DNA of 64,000 bases from a virus (lineage: Duplodnaviria; Caudoviricetes): positions 1-64,000 of the IMG/VR virus record IMGVR_UViG_2510065065_000004, one strand, 5' to 3'. The position numbers were made by a program, and so were the translations under genes. Below, piece after piece: positions 56,457-64,000 of this stretch. The notes below the pieces were generated by a model. That model worked only from the letters and a program-made list of their open reading frames with translations. It ran no database searches and had not been told where the DNA came from. Numbering within the stretch: position 1 is the first letter of the stretch; every line of letters begins with the position of its first letter.

Positions 56457-56648
56457 TTAGTGTTTGATCAGTAGGGATGAAAGCGTTTTGGCGGCGTCGT
56501 AGTGCGCGCGACGCACGCGGTAATTGGCGATGCGTAGTGCGTTGGGCGTTGCTCGGGTATCGCGCAAAATGCAGTGGGCTAACCAAGGGCGCGCGTAGTG
56601 ATTGCAACGTGCAGCGTGTTGTTCTTTCGGTGTGCGATAGCGGTTCAT
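56457..56648 (-). CDS. Hypothetical phage protein
   Basis: Paralog of 9662-9856. Confidence 0.6.
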   Translation of the reverse strand: MNRYRTPKEQHAARCNHYARPWLAHCILRDTRATPNALRIANYRVRRAHYDAAKTLSSLLIKH

Positions 56649-56671
56649 GGGTGGGTTTGTCCTGTGTCAGA

Positions 56672-56863
56672 TCACGCCGCACGCGGCGGGGTGGGCTGCG
56701 TGTTGTTTCGCATCGATGTGCGGTGAATGGCTGTAACGGCGATGACGGCGGGGAATCCAAAGCGCCGGTAGGCGTCAGACTTGGCCTCAACAGTTTTTTG
56801 GAACAGGCCGGTGTAGGTGTACACACCCTGCTTGGTGCGTGCAGTGATGGTGCAAGGAATCAT
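56672..56863 (-). CDS. Hypothetical protein absent from prophage 1
   Basis: AGGAGG RBS; MIPCTITART...YTGLF. Confidence 0.55.
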   Translation of the reverse strand: MIPCTITARTKQGVYTYTGLFQKTVEAKSDAYRRFGFPAVIAVTAIHRTSMRNNTQPTPPRAA

Positions 56864-57032
56864 GCGTATTCCTCCTGCATGGCATCGGCGATGCACTGTT
56901 GTTCAATCCATGCTTGCTCGTGAGGTTTAGCGCGTTCTGCTTTGCTGTGGGGACGTTGGCATGTTGGAGGCCAACCCCTTGGGGCGTTTATGATGGAAGT
57001 CCCAACAACCATCAAACCCCAAGGGGCCAGCC

Positions 57033-57155
57033 ATGACTGAGGAACAGATTGCGGATGAACAGGATTTTGAGAAAAGGTCAGGCGTTCCCCTACGCGGACC
57101 AACGCAGCTTCCCCCAGCACCCATGCCCCAGCCACCACCGTCAGAAAAACAGTGA
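57033..57155 (+). CDS. 40-aa Pro-rich peptide (MTEEQIADEQDFEKRSGVPLRGPTQLPPAPMPQPPPSEKQ)
   Basis: First ATG after the hairpin promoter; its stop overlaps the GAGGA RBS of the next gene. Confidence 0.5.
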   Translation: MTEEQIADEQDFEKRSGVPLRGPTQLPPAPMPQPPPSEKQ

Positions 57156-57162
57156 GGAACTC

Positions 57163-57645
57163 ATGAATACAACAGCGCCAGAAGCACGTACTAAATATGA
57201 AGCTGAGTTTGATTTGGCGTATCACGTTCGCTTGTGCGAACGGCATATCCGGTTTTATTGCAGGCTGCGCAAGCTGTTTGTTTTTTCCAGTGTCCTTGCT
57301 GGAACGGTTGCAATTGCTAATGTTGTGAGTGGATTGCCTTGGTTGGTTTCGCTGCTGAGTGTGGTTGTTGCGGTGGCTGGATTGGCTGATCTTGTCTTTG
57401 ATTTGAGTAATCAGACTGTTGCGTATGAACACCAACGTCGTAAATGCGTGGAGCTTCAGGTGGAGCAGTCGGCATTGACGTTGGAGGAGCTTGATAGCCA
57501 GATGCGGAAAATTCTTATAGATGCTCCACCAGAAATTGAGGCACTCAGAATGCCTTCTTACAATGATGTTCTTCGCACACTCGGCCATGTTGCACGTGTG
57601 CAACCACTTAAACGTGTTGAACGCTTGTTGGATAAAATTGCCTGA
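57163..57645 (+). CDS. SLATT-like two-TM protein (antisense moron)
   Basis: RLCERH..FY.RL, two TM helices, then YEHQRRKC.EL; same layout as 12463-12990. Confidence 0.65.
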   Translation: MNTTAPEARTKYEAEFDLAYHVRLCERHIRFYCRLRKLFVFSSVLAGTVAIANVVSGLPWLVSLLSVVVAVAGLADLVFDLSNQTVAYEHQRRKCVELQVEQSALTLEELDSQMRKILIDAPPEIEALRMPSYNDVLRTLGHVARVQPLKRVERLLDKIA

Positions 57646-57704
57646 ATCCTTTTTATGCGGTTGTAAACGCGGATCGCTATAACTGCTATACCCAATGCCA
57701 GCCA

Positions 57705-58094
57705 TTACGCACCTGCCTTTGGTGTAGCGGCGGCTTTGTGTGCCAAATGGGATAGGACGGATTCATTAAAGCTGTATAATTCTTCACACGCATCTTTTAT
57801 CTGCGGATACAGTGGATGTGTTGGTTCTACACGTATATATTCGTACCCCATAGACGTACGCTGTATATCGCCGTCTGGCCTACCTACAAACCATGAGCGC
57901 ACCAAAGGACTGAACTTAACGTAGTGAGCTGCAAAAACTCGTATCGTTCCTTCTGAAGAATTTACACCTGGCTCTTTAAGGTAATCAGTAATGCATTGCC
58001 GCTCAGCACCTACAGCGTCCTGGATGTAAGTGTAGTAGAACAGCGGCGCTTCTTCAGGCGTGTTGGCCTGTACTTCTTTGGCTAAGGCACTCAT
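57705..58094 (-). CDS. Hypothetical phage protein
   Basis: Diverged allele of 10254-10724. Confidence 0.7.
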   Translation of the reverse strand: MSALAKEVQANTPEEAPLFYYTYIQDAVGAERQCITDYLKEPGVNSSEGTIRVFAAHYVKFSPLVRSWFVGRPDGDIQRTSMGYEYIRVEPTHPLYPQIKDACEELYSFNESVLSHLAHKAAATPKAGA

Positions 58095-58648
58095 GCGGCC
58101 ACCTCTTTACTAACGGCAGCTTCAGCGGCTTCGTATGTAGCTAAAGCAGCACGAGCAGCAGCAAAAGCAGCATCACGCGCTTCTTCATCTTTAGCGGCGT
58201 CGTACGCAGCACACGCTTCTTTTTTAGCGGCTTCGAGCGCAGCACGAGCAGCATTGCGCTTTTCTTGTCGCTTTTTATCCGATGCAACGAGCTGCGCCGC
58301 AGATCGATTACGCACCGCCTCAAGGGCAGCTTTAACGTGCGGATACAGTGGATGCGTTGTGGCGACAGTGAACTTATCGTTGTCGAAATAATCCGTCATC
58401 ACGTCGGTGCTGTTGTACACCGTAAAACAGGAATGCACTAAAGGGCTAAAGCGCGTGTAATGCGTGGCGATGACCCTAATTGCCGAGTTATCCCTGTCGT
58501 GCGGCTTTTCGTAGGAGTAATTGGCGCGTTGTAACTCCGCGGCTTTCTCATCCCGAATGCCGTTCCAGTAGAACAACGGCGCTTTTCGAGTCCCTGATAA
58601 GGCCTGGTTAGCCTGAGGCTGGGCTTGCTCGCTAATGCTCAATGTCAT
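58091..58648 (-). CDS. Hypothetical phage protein
   Basis: Paralog of 10721-11278. Confidence 0.75.
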   Translation of the reverse strand: MTLSISEQAQPQANQALSGTRKAPLFYWNGIRDEKAAELQRANYSYEKPHDRDNSAIRVIATHYTRFSPLVHSCFTVYNSTDVMTDYFDNDKFTVATTHPLYPHVKAALEAVRNRSAAQLVASDKKRQEKRNAARAALEAAKKEACAAYDAAKDEEARDAAFAAARAALATYEAAEAAVSKEVAA

Positions 58649-58735
58649 TTTGATATCTCCTAGCCCCTGCCGCCGTGTGCGGGTGTCGTGGGGCGTGTTT
58701 GGGTGTGGGTGTTGAGCGCGGTTATGCTTGGCGCC

Positions 58736-59173
58736 ATGAACTGGACGAATGGGTTAACACTTGCTTTGGCGGTGCTTGGTGCGACGCTTGGCGTTTTTAA
58801 CGCGGTGTGGATGATTCGCCGCGACACTATTCGGCTGAAGGTTACTTGCTGGAACTCGTATCCAGTCGCCGGAGGGGCACCATTGAGGTCTGTGGACGTT
58901 ACAAACCTGAGTTACCTGGCAGTGACAGTGAAAGAGGTTGCCTTTCAAAAAGGGCGCACAGCCGACAGGAGAACACCCATCGTTGGAGACCACCTTGGCC
59001 GGACCAAACTTCCCCGCCGTCTTAAGCCGCGATCCGCATTGACTGTCGTTGCCTCCCCAGAGTATTCCGCCCTCTTCAAGGGTTCCGGCTTCACTCACGT
59101 GCGAGTCGTCACCGCTTGTGGTGTCGAAGTCATCTCCCCAATCCGAAGGGTGCGGCGGTGGTGGGGATCTTAA
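58736..59173 (+). CDS. N-terminally membrane-anchored moron protein (intact allele)
   Basis: TATGCT -10 just before ATG (leaderless); TM followed by a beta-rich domain. Confidence 0.65.
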   Translation: MNWTNGLTLALAVLGATLGVFNAVWMIRRDTIRLKVTCWNSYPVAGGAPLRSVDVTNLSYLAVTVKEVAFQKGRTADRRTPIVGDHLGRTKLPRRLKPRSALTVVASPEYSALFKGSGFTHVRVVTACGVEVISPIRRVRRWWGS

Positions 59174-59290
59174 TAAGTTTATTTCCTGGTGGAAGGCCCC
59201 TGTACCTAATTTGAATGCAACCCATGCGTTGACTGCGGCACTGAACGCAGCTAAGCAGAGTATGAAAATTTGGGTGCTGTCTAACGACAT
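58754..59290 (-). CDS. TM protein overlapping the above antisense
   Basis: AGGAG RBS; homolog of 11383-11859. Confidence 0.45.
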   Translation of the reverse strand: MSLDSTQIFILCLAAFSAAVNAWVAFKLGTGAFHQEINLLRSPPPPHPSDWGDDFDTTSGDDSHVSEAGTLEEGGILWGGNDSQCGSRLKTAGKFGPAKVVSNDGCSPVGCAPFLKGNLFHCHCQVTQVCNVHRPQWCPSGDWIRVPASNLQPNSVAANHPHRVKNAKRRTKHRQSKC

Positions 59291-59348
59291 CTGATATCTC
59301 CTGCCCCTGCCGCCGGTTGCGGGTGTCGTGGGGCGATGTGGAGATAAG

Positions 59349-59387
59349 ATCACATATCGTGATCTTATTGTCAACACATTTCGTGAT
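59349..59387 (-). promoter_or_regulatory. pL with two 15-bp operators (prophage 2)
   Basis: ATCACATATCGTGAT, AACACATTTCGTGAT; TTGACA on the minus strand between them. Confidence 0.85.
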
Positions 59388-59504
59388 TTTTGATTAAATT
59401 TTCTGCGTCGCACGAACATCGCTTGTTTAAGGCGAAAAAAACCCCCGCGCTGGCGGGGGAGGGGTGTTTTTAAAGGTTATGAGCCGTTTAACGGCAACTG
59501 GTGA

Positions 59505-59900
59505 TTAAGGCTGCTTGGCCGCCTGCGGCGGTGGCTGCAATGCCTGAGCAGGAACCTGGATGATGATTGGGGGGGACTGAGCCGGTAACGCTTGATAGCT
59601 CCCCTTGATGCTGCCGACCACGAAGCCGCCAACACCAAGAATGCCTGCAAAAAGGCCGATGACCGTAGCAAGCATCCATGTGCGGTTTTCTTTTTGAGCC
59701 TTCTCGAAATCAGCACGCAACTCACCCGCCGACTTGTTTAAGTCGGCCCGCAGTTCACCCGCCGACTTGTTTAAATCGGCTCGCAAGCTTTCAACATCGG
59801 CCTTGGTGGCAAGTGTTGGGATGATGGTTTCAAGTTGAACTATACGTGCTTCCATGCTGGCATCATGCGGCATAGTGGTTGCCACTGGCAAGCTACGCAT
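59505..59900 (-). CDS. Coiled-coil + TM protein (rex-position gene 2)
   Basis: Near-identical to 12075-12470. Confidence 0.7.
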   Translation of the reverse strand: MRSLPVATTMPHDASMEARIVQLETIIPTLATKADVESLRADLNKSAGELRADLNKSAGELRADFEKAQKENRTWMLATVIGLFAGILGVGGFVVGSIKGSYQALPAQSPPIIIQVPAQALQPPPQAAKQP

Positions 59901-60420
59901 TCCCCCACGTCAACCACTGAGCCGTAACACGCTTGAACCAGGGCAGTTTGCGTGATGGGTGGTCCTTTAAATCGGCATAAGATCGCGTCACCTGGTTTTC
60001 ACATAAAATATCCAAGGCAACAAAGATCGGCGGTTCATCACTTTCTATCCCCAGGCGCTGTGCAGTCCAGGCAGAAATTTGTTCTTGCGTTGTGTCTGGA
60101 TGCTTGACGATGTCGGACTCAAGTTGAGAGAAGCGGCGGCGTAGGTCGCTATGGATACGGGCCATCTGTGCCGTTCCAGTCACCAGGTTAATGCTCGTGG
60201 CGATGGTGACGGTAACTGCTCCGGCAACAGCCATCCACTCTGCTGCGCACTTGCCGAACGAAGCAATGACGGCGGAAGCGCCCAATAGGCCAATAAAAGA
60301 ACTCAGCGTGTTGCAGCGGTCAAAGAACGCCATGCGGGAGGAGTGATAGCGCTGTGACTTTTGCACTCCCCACAGGAGTTCCCATCGCTTGGTATGCAAT
60401 TCAGTGTTGTTGGCGTCCAT
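59893..60420 (-). CDS. SLATT-like two-TM protein (rex-position gene 1)
   Basis: Close paralog of 12463-12990. Confidence 0.65.
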   Translation of the reverse strand: MDANNTELHTKRWELLWGVQKSQRYHSSRMAFFDRCNTLSSFIGLLGASAVIASFGKCAAEWMAVAGAVTVTIATSINLVTGTAQMARIHSDLRRRFSQLESDIVKHPDTTQEQISAWTAQRLGIESDEPPIFVALDILCENQVTRSYADLKDHPSRKLPWFKRVTAQWLTWGNA

Positions 60421-60483
60421 GTCCAACAGCATAGCACTACCGTGTTGAAGAGGGTGGCGGCTCCTATATAGGTTTACGTGGAC

Positions 60484-61254
60484 CTACAATCCACCATCAC
60501 CGATCTTCATGATCACACGACCAAGAACACAAACCGTATCCATCTCTTTAGGAGGTACGACCTCGTCTTGGTAAATACGGCGGCCTTCCGAGTCCTTGTC
60601 CTGGTTGTCGCTGACGATACGCAAGCTATTGTCGCGCAAGGTGTAGAGCCGTTTAACCTTCGCCTCACCGCCAATGGCGATGGCGTACATTTTCCCGTCA
60701 CGGATACGGGTGTCATCGAAGTTCACCATCACGTGGTCATTATCGAACAGGGTGCGCTCCATGCTGTCGCCGTGCACTCGCATCAGCTTCACATCTTTTG
60801 GGTTGATATGGGAGCTGCGGAACCAAGGCAGGGGGAAGGGTGTTCGGAACTTTGTTTCAATGAATTCAGGAATTAGAAGACCGTTACCAGCGGAGAGTAT
60901 TACATCTACTTCGTCGATCAGCACATCAGCTTCTATATCCAAATCTCCATCTCCATCAATTGCTTGAACCTCGTACGCATCAAGTTTTACTGGCTTAGAG
61001 ATGGCTTGCACATCTTTAAGTGCATACCCTGGTGGTGTATCTCCTATAAGCTCTGCTTTGGTTACACGCAATGCGCGTGCAAGCATTTCAATGTCATTGA
61101 GCGATGGCTCACGGGCGCTACGGCCTCTTGATTCGTAATTAGCTATGCGACTTTGCCCCCAATCACAAGCGAGAGCTAGTTGTTCTTGGGTAAGTCTGCG
61201 TTCTTTTCGGATGCGGCGGAGGTTTTCAGGGAAGCTCATAGGGACATTATTCAC
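60484..61254 (-). CDS. cI: CI-like repressor with a different HTH
   Basis: LTQEQLA...QSRIANYE HTH; S24 domain similar to that of 13051-13809. Confidence 0.92.
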   Translation of the reverse strand: MNNVPMSFPENLRRIRKERRLTQEQLALACDWGQSRIANYESRGRSAREPSLNDIEMLARALRVTKAELIGDTPPGYALKDVQAISKPVKLDAYEVQAIDGDGDLDIEADVLIDEVDVILSAGNGLLIPEFIETKFRTPFPLPWFRSSHINPKDVKLMRVHGDSMERTLFDNDHVMVNFDDTRIRDGKMYAIAIGGEAKVKRLYTLRDNSLRIVSDNQDKDSEGRRIYQDEVVPPKEMDTVCVLGRVIMKIGDGGL

Positions 61255-61311
61255 GATCTGTGATATTTATCTAACACGATTGGTGTTGACTGATAGATCA
61301 CGATATGTGAT
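61250..61311 (+). promoter_or_regulatory. OR: three 15-bp operators and pR
   Basis: TTCACGATCTGTGAT, AACACGATTGGTGTT, ATCACGATATGTGAT; -35 TTGACT. Confidence 0.85.
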
Positions 61312-61321
61312 CTTATGAGGC

Positions 61322-61558
61322 ATGAACGCTATTGACATCGCTGTTAAGGAATTCGGGAGTGTTAACGCGCTTGCTGCATCTCTTGGTGTAAGGCAGAGCG
61401 CGATTAGCAATTGGCGTGCTCGTGGCCGGGTGCCAGCGGAGAGATGCATCGTCATTGAACGCGTCACCAACGGCGCTGTTAGCCGCTATCAACTCCGCCC
61501 CGACATCTTCGGCGTTTCCCCCACAGACCACATGCAGGAGGTGTCCGATGCAGCCTAA
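61322..61558 (+). CDS. cro: Cro/YdaS-like regulator
   Basis: ALAASLGVRQSAISNW...RVPAER...LRPDIFG. Confidence 0.9.
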   Translation: MNAIDIAVKEFGSVNALAASLGVRQSAISNWRARGRVPAERCIVIERVTNGAVSRYQLRPDIFGVSPTDHMQEVSDAA

Positions 61559-61860
61559 ACCTGAGTTTTCAACTTCTTTTCTTTCCCGATTACCAAAGGT
61601 AGTGCGTCTCTGGTGGTTTCGATTACACAAACAACCGCACTGTGTGGAATGTGGAAAACGGTTGGCTGGGTTTGAATTTCTCCGGGCGGGGGTTGGCCTT
61701 CTAGAACTACTGAAAGGTAGTGGTTTTCCATGTCCACGTGCGTGCAAATCCAAAACGCGCGGCTGCCAAAACGGCCATCTTGGGGGCGAAATTTCCCGAT
61801 GATAAATTGGCTCAAGGCTACATTCGTATGCAGTACTACAACGAATACTTTTTCTTCCAT
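61555..61860 (-). CDS. Antisense moron hypothetical protein
   Basis: Hairpin promoter with TAGAAT and GGAG RBS at 61861-61915. Confidence 0.6.
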   Translation of the reverse strand: MEEKVFVVVLHTNVALSQFIIGKFRPQDGRFGSRAFWICTHVDMENHYLSVVLEGQPPPGEIQTQPTVFHIPHSAVVCVIETTRDALPLVIGKEKKLKTQV

Positions 61861-61987
61861 GCCGATCTCCGGTAGTGATTTGGTTGATTGGAAACACCAA
61901 TTCTACCGGCAGGTTGGCTCCAACCCGATTTCGATGCGCTGTCCTCGATCTTTTCAATGACATTGAATAACCCTTGGTAATGAATCC

Positions 61988-62176
61988 ATGTATGCCGATC
62001 CAACCCACATTCGTAGCCACCCAGTGAAGGTGCGTTTTAACGATGCCGAGCGCAAATTGATCTTTGCGTTGGCTCAATACAACGGGATGCAACCGGCGGC
62101 GTTAGTTCGTGAATTGGCGTTATCGGTAGCCACTGCTGCGATAAAGAATGATAAGCGGCAAGCTGACGCGGCTTGA
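61988..62176 (+). CDS. Small RHH-like protein
   Basis: Paralog of 14765-14953. Confidence 0.7.
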   Translation: MYADPTHIRSHPVKVRFNDAERKLIFALAQYNGMQPAALVRELALSVATAAIKNDKRQADAA

Positions 62177-62421
62177 AGTGTCTAACCAGGCCCTTTGGAG
62201 GCCCTGTGGAAATTGATCTAAGCCCTGCTGATCGAAAAATATTTGAGCAATACGCACAAATCTATGGACTGGCTTGTGTTGATGAAGCGGTAGAACACGC
62301 AGCAAAACAAGCACTAAAGGACGCTTATCTGTTACGGGCCAAGAATGGGCATTCGCCTCTTGGAGAAGGCGTGGTGCTTTATTTGAAGGGACTTAAAAAG
62401 CCCTCAAGGAATCAAGAATGA
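62173..62421 (+). CDS. Hypothetical protein
   Basis: Paralog of 14950-15198. Confidence 0.55.
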   Translation: MKCLTRPFGGPVEIDLSPADRKIFEQYAQIYGLACVDEAVEHAAKQALKDAYLLRAKNGHSPLGEGVVLYLKGLKKPSRNQE

Positions 62422-62490
62422 AAGCAAGCGCTAACACCGTGAGCTTGACCCGTATGAATGACCGTAAGAGGAAAGGTTGTTATGTATATC

Positions 62491-62787
62491 TCAGTGGTTC
62501 CCTTTGATGACCCTGTAGGCAGCCTCGTTGGCGAGGGCAACAAGCGCCTTATTATCGATATTGCGGCCGGTCCTCCGGCACCAGGCAACGAAGTCAGCGG
62601 ATCGTATCTCGGCCTTGACGGTCCTGATGCCCTGGTCATTGAGGCGTTTGAAGTGTTGCTCCGCAGCGGCTTCCCATTCAGCGTACGTCCGATGCCAACG
62701 GCGCTCGGGAAGGATGGGCTTGAATGACTCGTAATCGTCTTCTTTAAACCATGCAAAGCCTGAGACTTGGATTTTCCCTTCTTGCAT
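62491..62787 (-). CDS. Antisense moron hypothetical protein
   Basis: Paralog of 15268-15564. Confidence 0.7.
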   Translation of the reverse strand: MQEGKIQVSGFAWFKEDDYESFKPILPERRWHRTYAEWEAAAEQHFKRLNDQGIRTVKAEIRSADFVAWCRRTGRNIDNKALVALANEAAYRVIKGNH

Positions 62788-63072
62788 TGCTGCCCTCCTT
62801 ACGGGCTGTCGTTGTGGTGACAACAGTTTACCGCAGGGCGGGCAGCATCTTTTTTCTATACAGATTTCATCCGCTGGAACAAGGCGCGCAATGCGTACTG
62901 ATTTTGATGAGCAGATGCAGGCGCTTTTTCGCCGACAGTCACGGTGACAGCGTGAGCTTGACCCACATTCACCGCTGCGGTACCGTCGCCGGTAAGGAGC
63001 TTAGAAACTCCGAGAAAGCAGCGGTATCCGCACTCGTCAGCTCGCGGATTTTTTGTGCCTGTACGTTTTTAC

Positions 63073-63151
63073 GTCGGGAGGCAGCAGCTATACAACACCC
63101 GCAAGGGGAAAGCTGCTGGCCGGTCTGCTTTCCGGTTTCTAACCTCCCGAC
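63073..63151 (+). ncRNA. C4-type antisense RNA (second specificity)
   Basis: GTCGGGAGG/CCTCCCGAC stem and a CCC-GCAA-GGG tetraloop. CTGCTTT and GTTTCTAA are complementary to AAAGCAG and TTAGAAAC on both sides. Confidence 0.8.
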
Positions 63152-63215
63152 ATTCTCGGGTCGGCGCTTAGAAACGTCTCCCCGAGATCACCTCTCAAAA
63201 GCAGGAGACATTTTT

Positions 63216-63791
63216 ATGTCGCAGTCCATTATTCCGTTCGATTTTCATTCTCACGCTGTGCGCGTTGTGATGCGCGATGGCAATCCGTGGTTTGTTGCTA
63301 CCGATGTAATGGGGGCTTTGGATTACGCAGCAACCAGCAATCCGGCTCGTGTCACTGAGCACATCCCCAGTGAATGGAAGGGTGTGAATCCGATTCACAC
63401 CCTTGGCGGCGAGCAAAAACTGTTGTGCTTAGCCGAACCTGGTTTGTACTTCTTTCTTGGCCGCAGTGATAAACCAAAGGCCCTGCCATTCCAGAAGTGG
63501 TTAGCTGGCGAAGTCCTGCCCTCAATCCGCAAGACGGGGAGCTACTCAGCTTCGCACTCTCCTGCTGTCACTTTGACAGAAGTAGAGGCATTCCGTTTGT
63601 ACGCACTGCTGAGGATGGTCGCGGGGCATCTGTCACGGGAACGCATTGAACCGATTGAACAAGCCTTGCGCTTGATGCATTCGCCGTTAGCCGGTGCGGT
63701 GAGTGATCTGTGGCGGGAGGTAGGGCCGCGGGCTAAGCGCATGGAGAATCTCGCTGGGCGTTGCCGCAGTGCCTTATACCGGTTGCGCTAA
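63216..63791 (+). CDS. BRO-N antirepressor (different allele)
   Basis: First 31 aa identical to the gene at 16025, then diverged; FQKWLAGEVLPSIRKTG. Confidence 0.88.
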   Translation: MSQSIIPFDFHSHAVRVVMRDGNPWFVATDVMGALDYAATSNPARVTEHIPSEWKGVNPIHTLGGEQKLLCLAEPGLYFFLGRSDKPKALPFQKWLAGEVLPSIRKTGSYSASHSPAVTLTEVEAFRLYALLRMVAGHLSRERIEPIEQALRLMHSPLAGAVSDLWREVGPRAKRMENLAGRCRSALYRLR

Positions 63792-63926
63792 GCCATCCGG
63801 CTGTCTGTCTGGCCGTACTCCTTAATTAGTAAGGAGTGACCCTCGCATTGCTAAACCACCCCCGCAGTTAAAAAAGGGCGGGCTGAGGGGGTGACCTCAA
63901 CTCGCCCTGAATAAAGGAAAATAAGG

Positions 63927-64000
63927 ATGAAGAATGATTCTATCACAATCCTAAAACACCCCGTAAATACCCTCGCCAAAACATGGTGCGCTGATGGCAC
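63927..64000 (+). CDS. Primase-helicase, 5' end only
   Basis: MKNDSITILKHPVNTLAKTWCADG, as at 16943. Confidence 0.9.
   Translation, partial: MKNDSITILKHPVNTLAKTWCADG

Larger units (their letters stand above)
46839..64000. mobile_element. Prophage 2 early region (continues beyond the window)
   Basis: int-xis-helicase-pol-...-cI-cro-primase, collinear with 1747-17000 at an offset of ~46.8-47 kb. Confidence 0.9.

Overview
Almost the whole window is prophage DNA from a Xanthomonadaceae host. Gene content and order strongly resemble Xylella fastidiosa prophages (recognised, not searched). From left to right: (i) one host gene, a low-molecular-weight protein-tyrosine phosphatase (1-465). (ii) A remnant of a lambdoid phage (~466-1746) with a truncated DNA methyltransferase, a pR'/tR'-like promoter-terminator pair and a Q-like C-terminus fused in frame to a helicase. 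(iii) A ~45 kb myovirus-type prophage (1747-46886) with a PolA/SSB/nuclease/SNF2 replication block, cI-cro immunity, a C4-type antisense/antirepressor module, P4-type primase, lysis, packaging, head, contractile tail and tail fibre. It carries many morons: three type II TA pairs, two orphan antitoxins, a Panacea three-gene operon, a SLATT-like 2TM gene at the rex position, and a tandem pair of double-glycine-type microcin/bacteriocin precursors. (iv) An intact attP-like site (3' half of tRNA-Val(GAC) with arm-type repeats) inside the 3' end of an integrase ORF. (v) A second, heteroimmune copy of the early region (46839-64000, offset ~46.8 kb) that runs off the window at the primase start. The best candidates for undescribed systems are the prophage-borne two-peptide microcin operon, the Panacea + membrane-protein operon and the SLATT-like morons. 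The most striking structural finding is a complete, attP-intact phage genome bracketed by long direct repeats. All family assignments come from motif recognition by eye.
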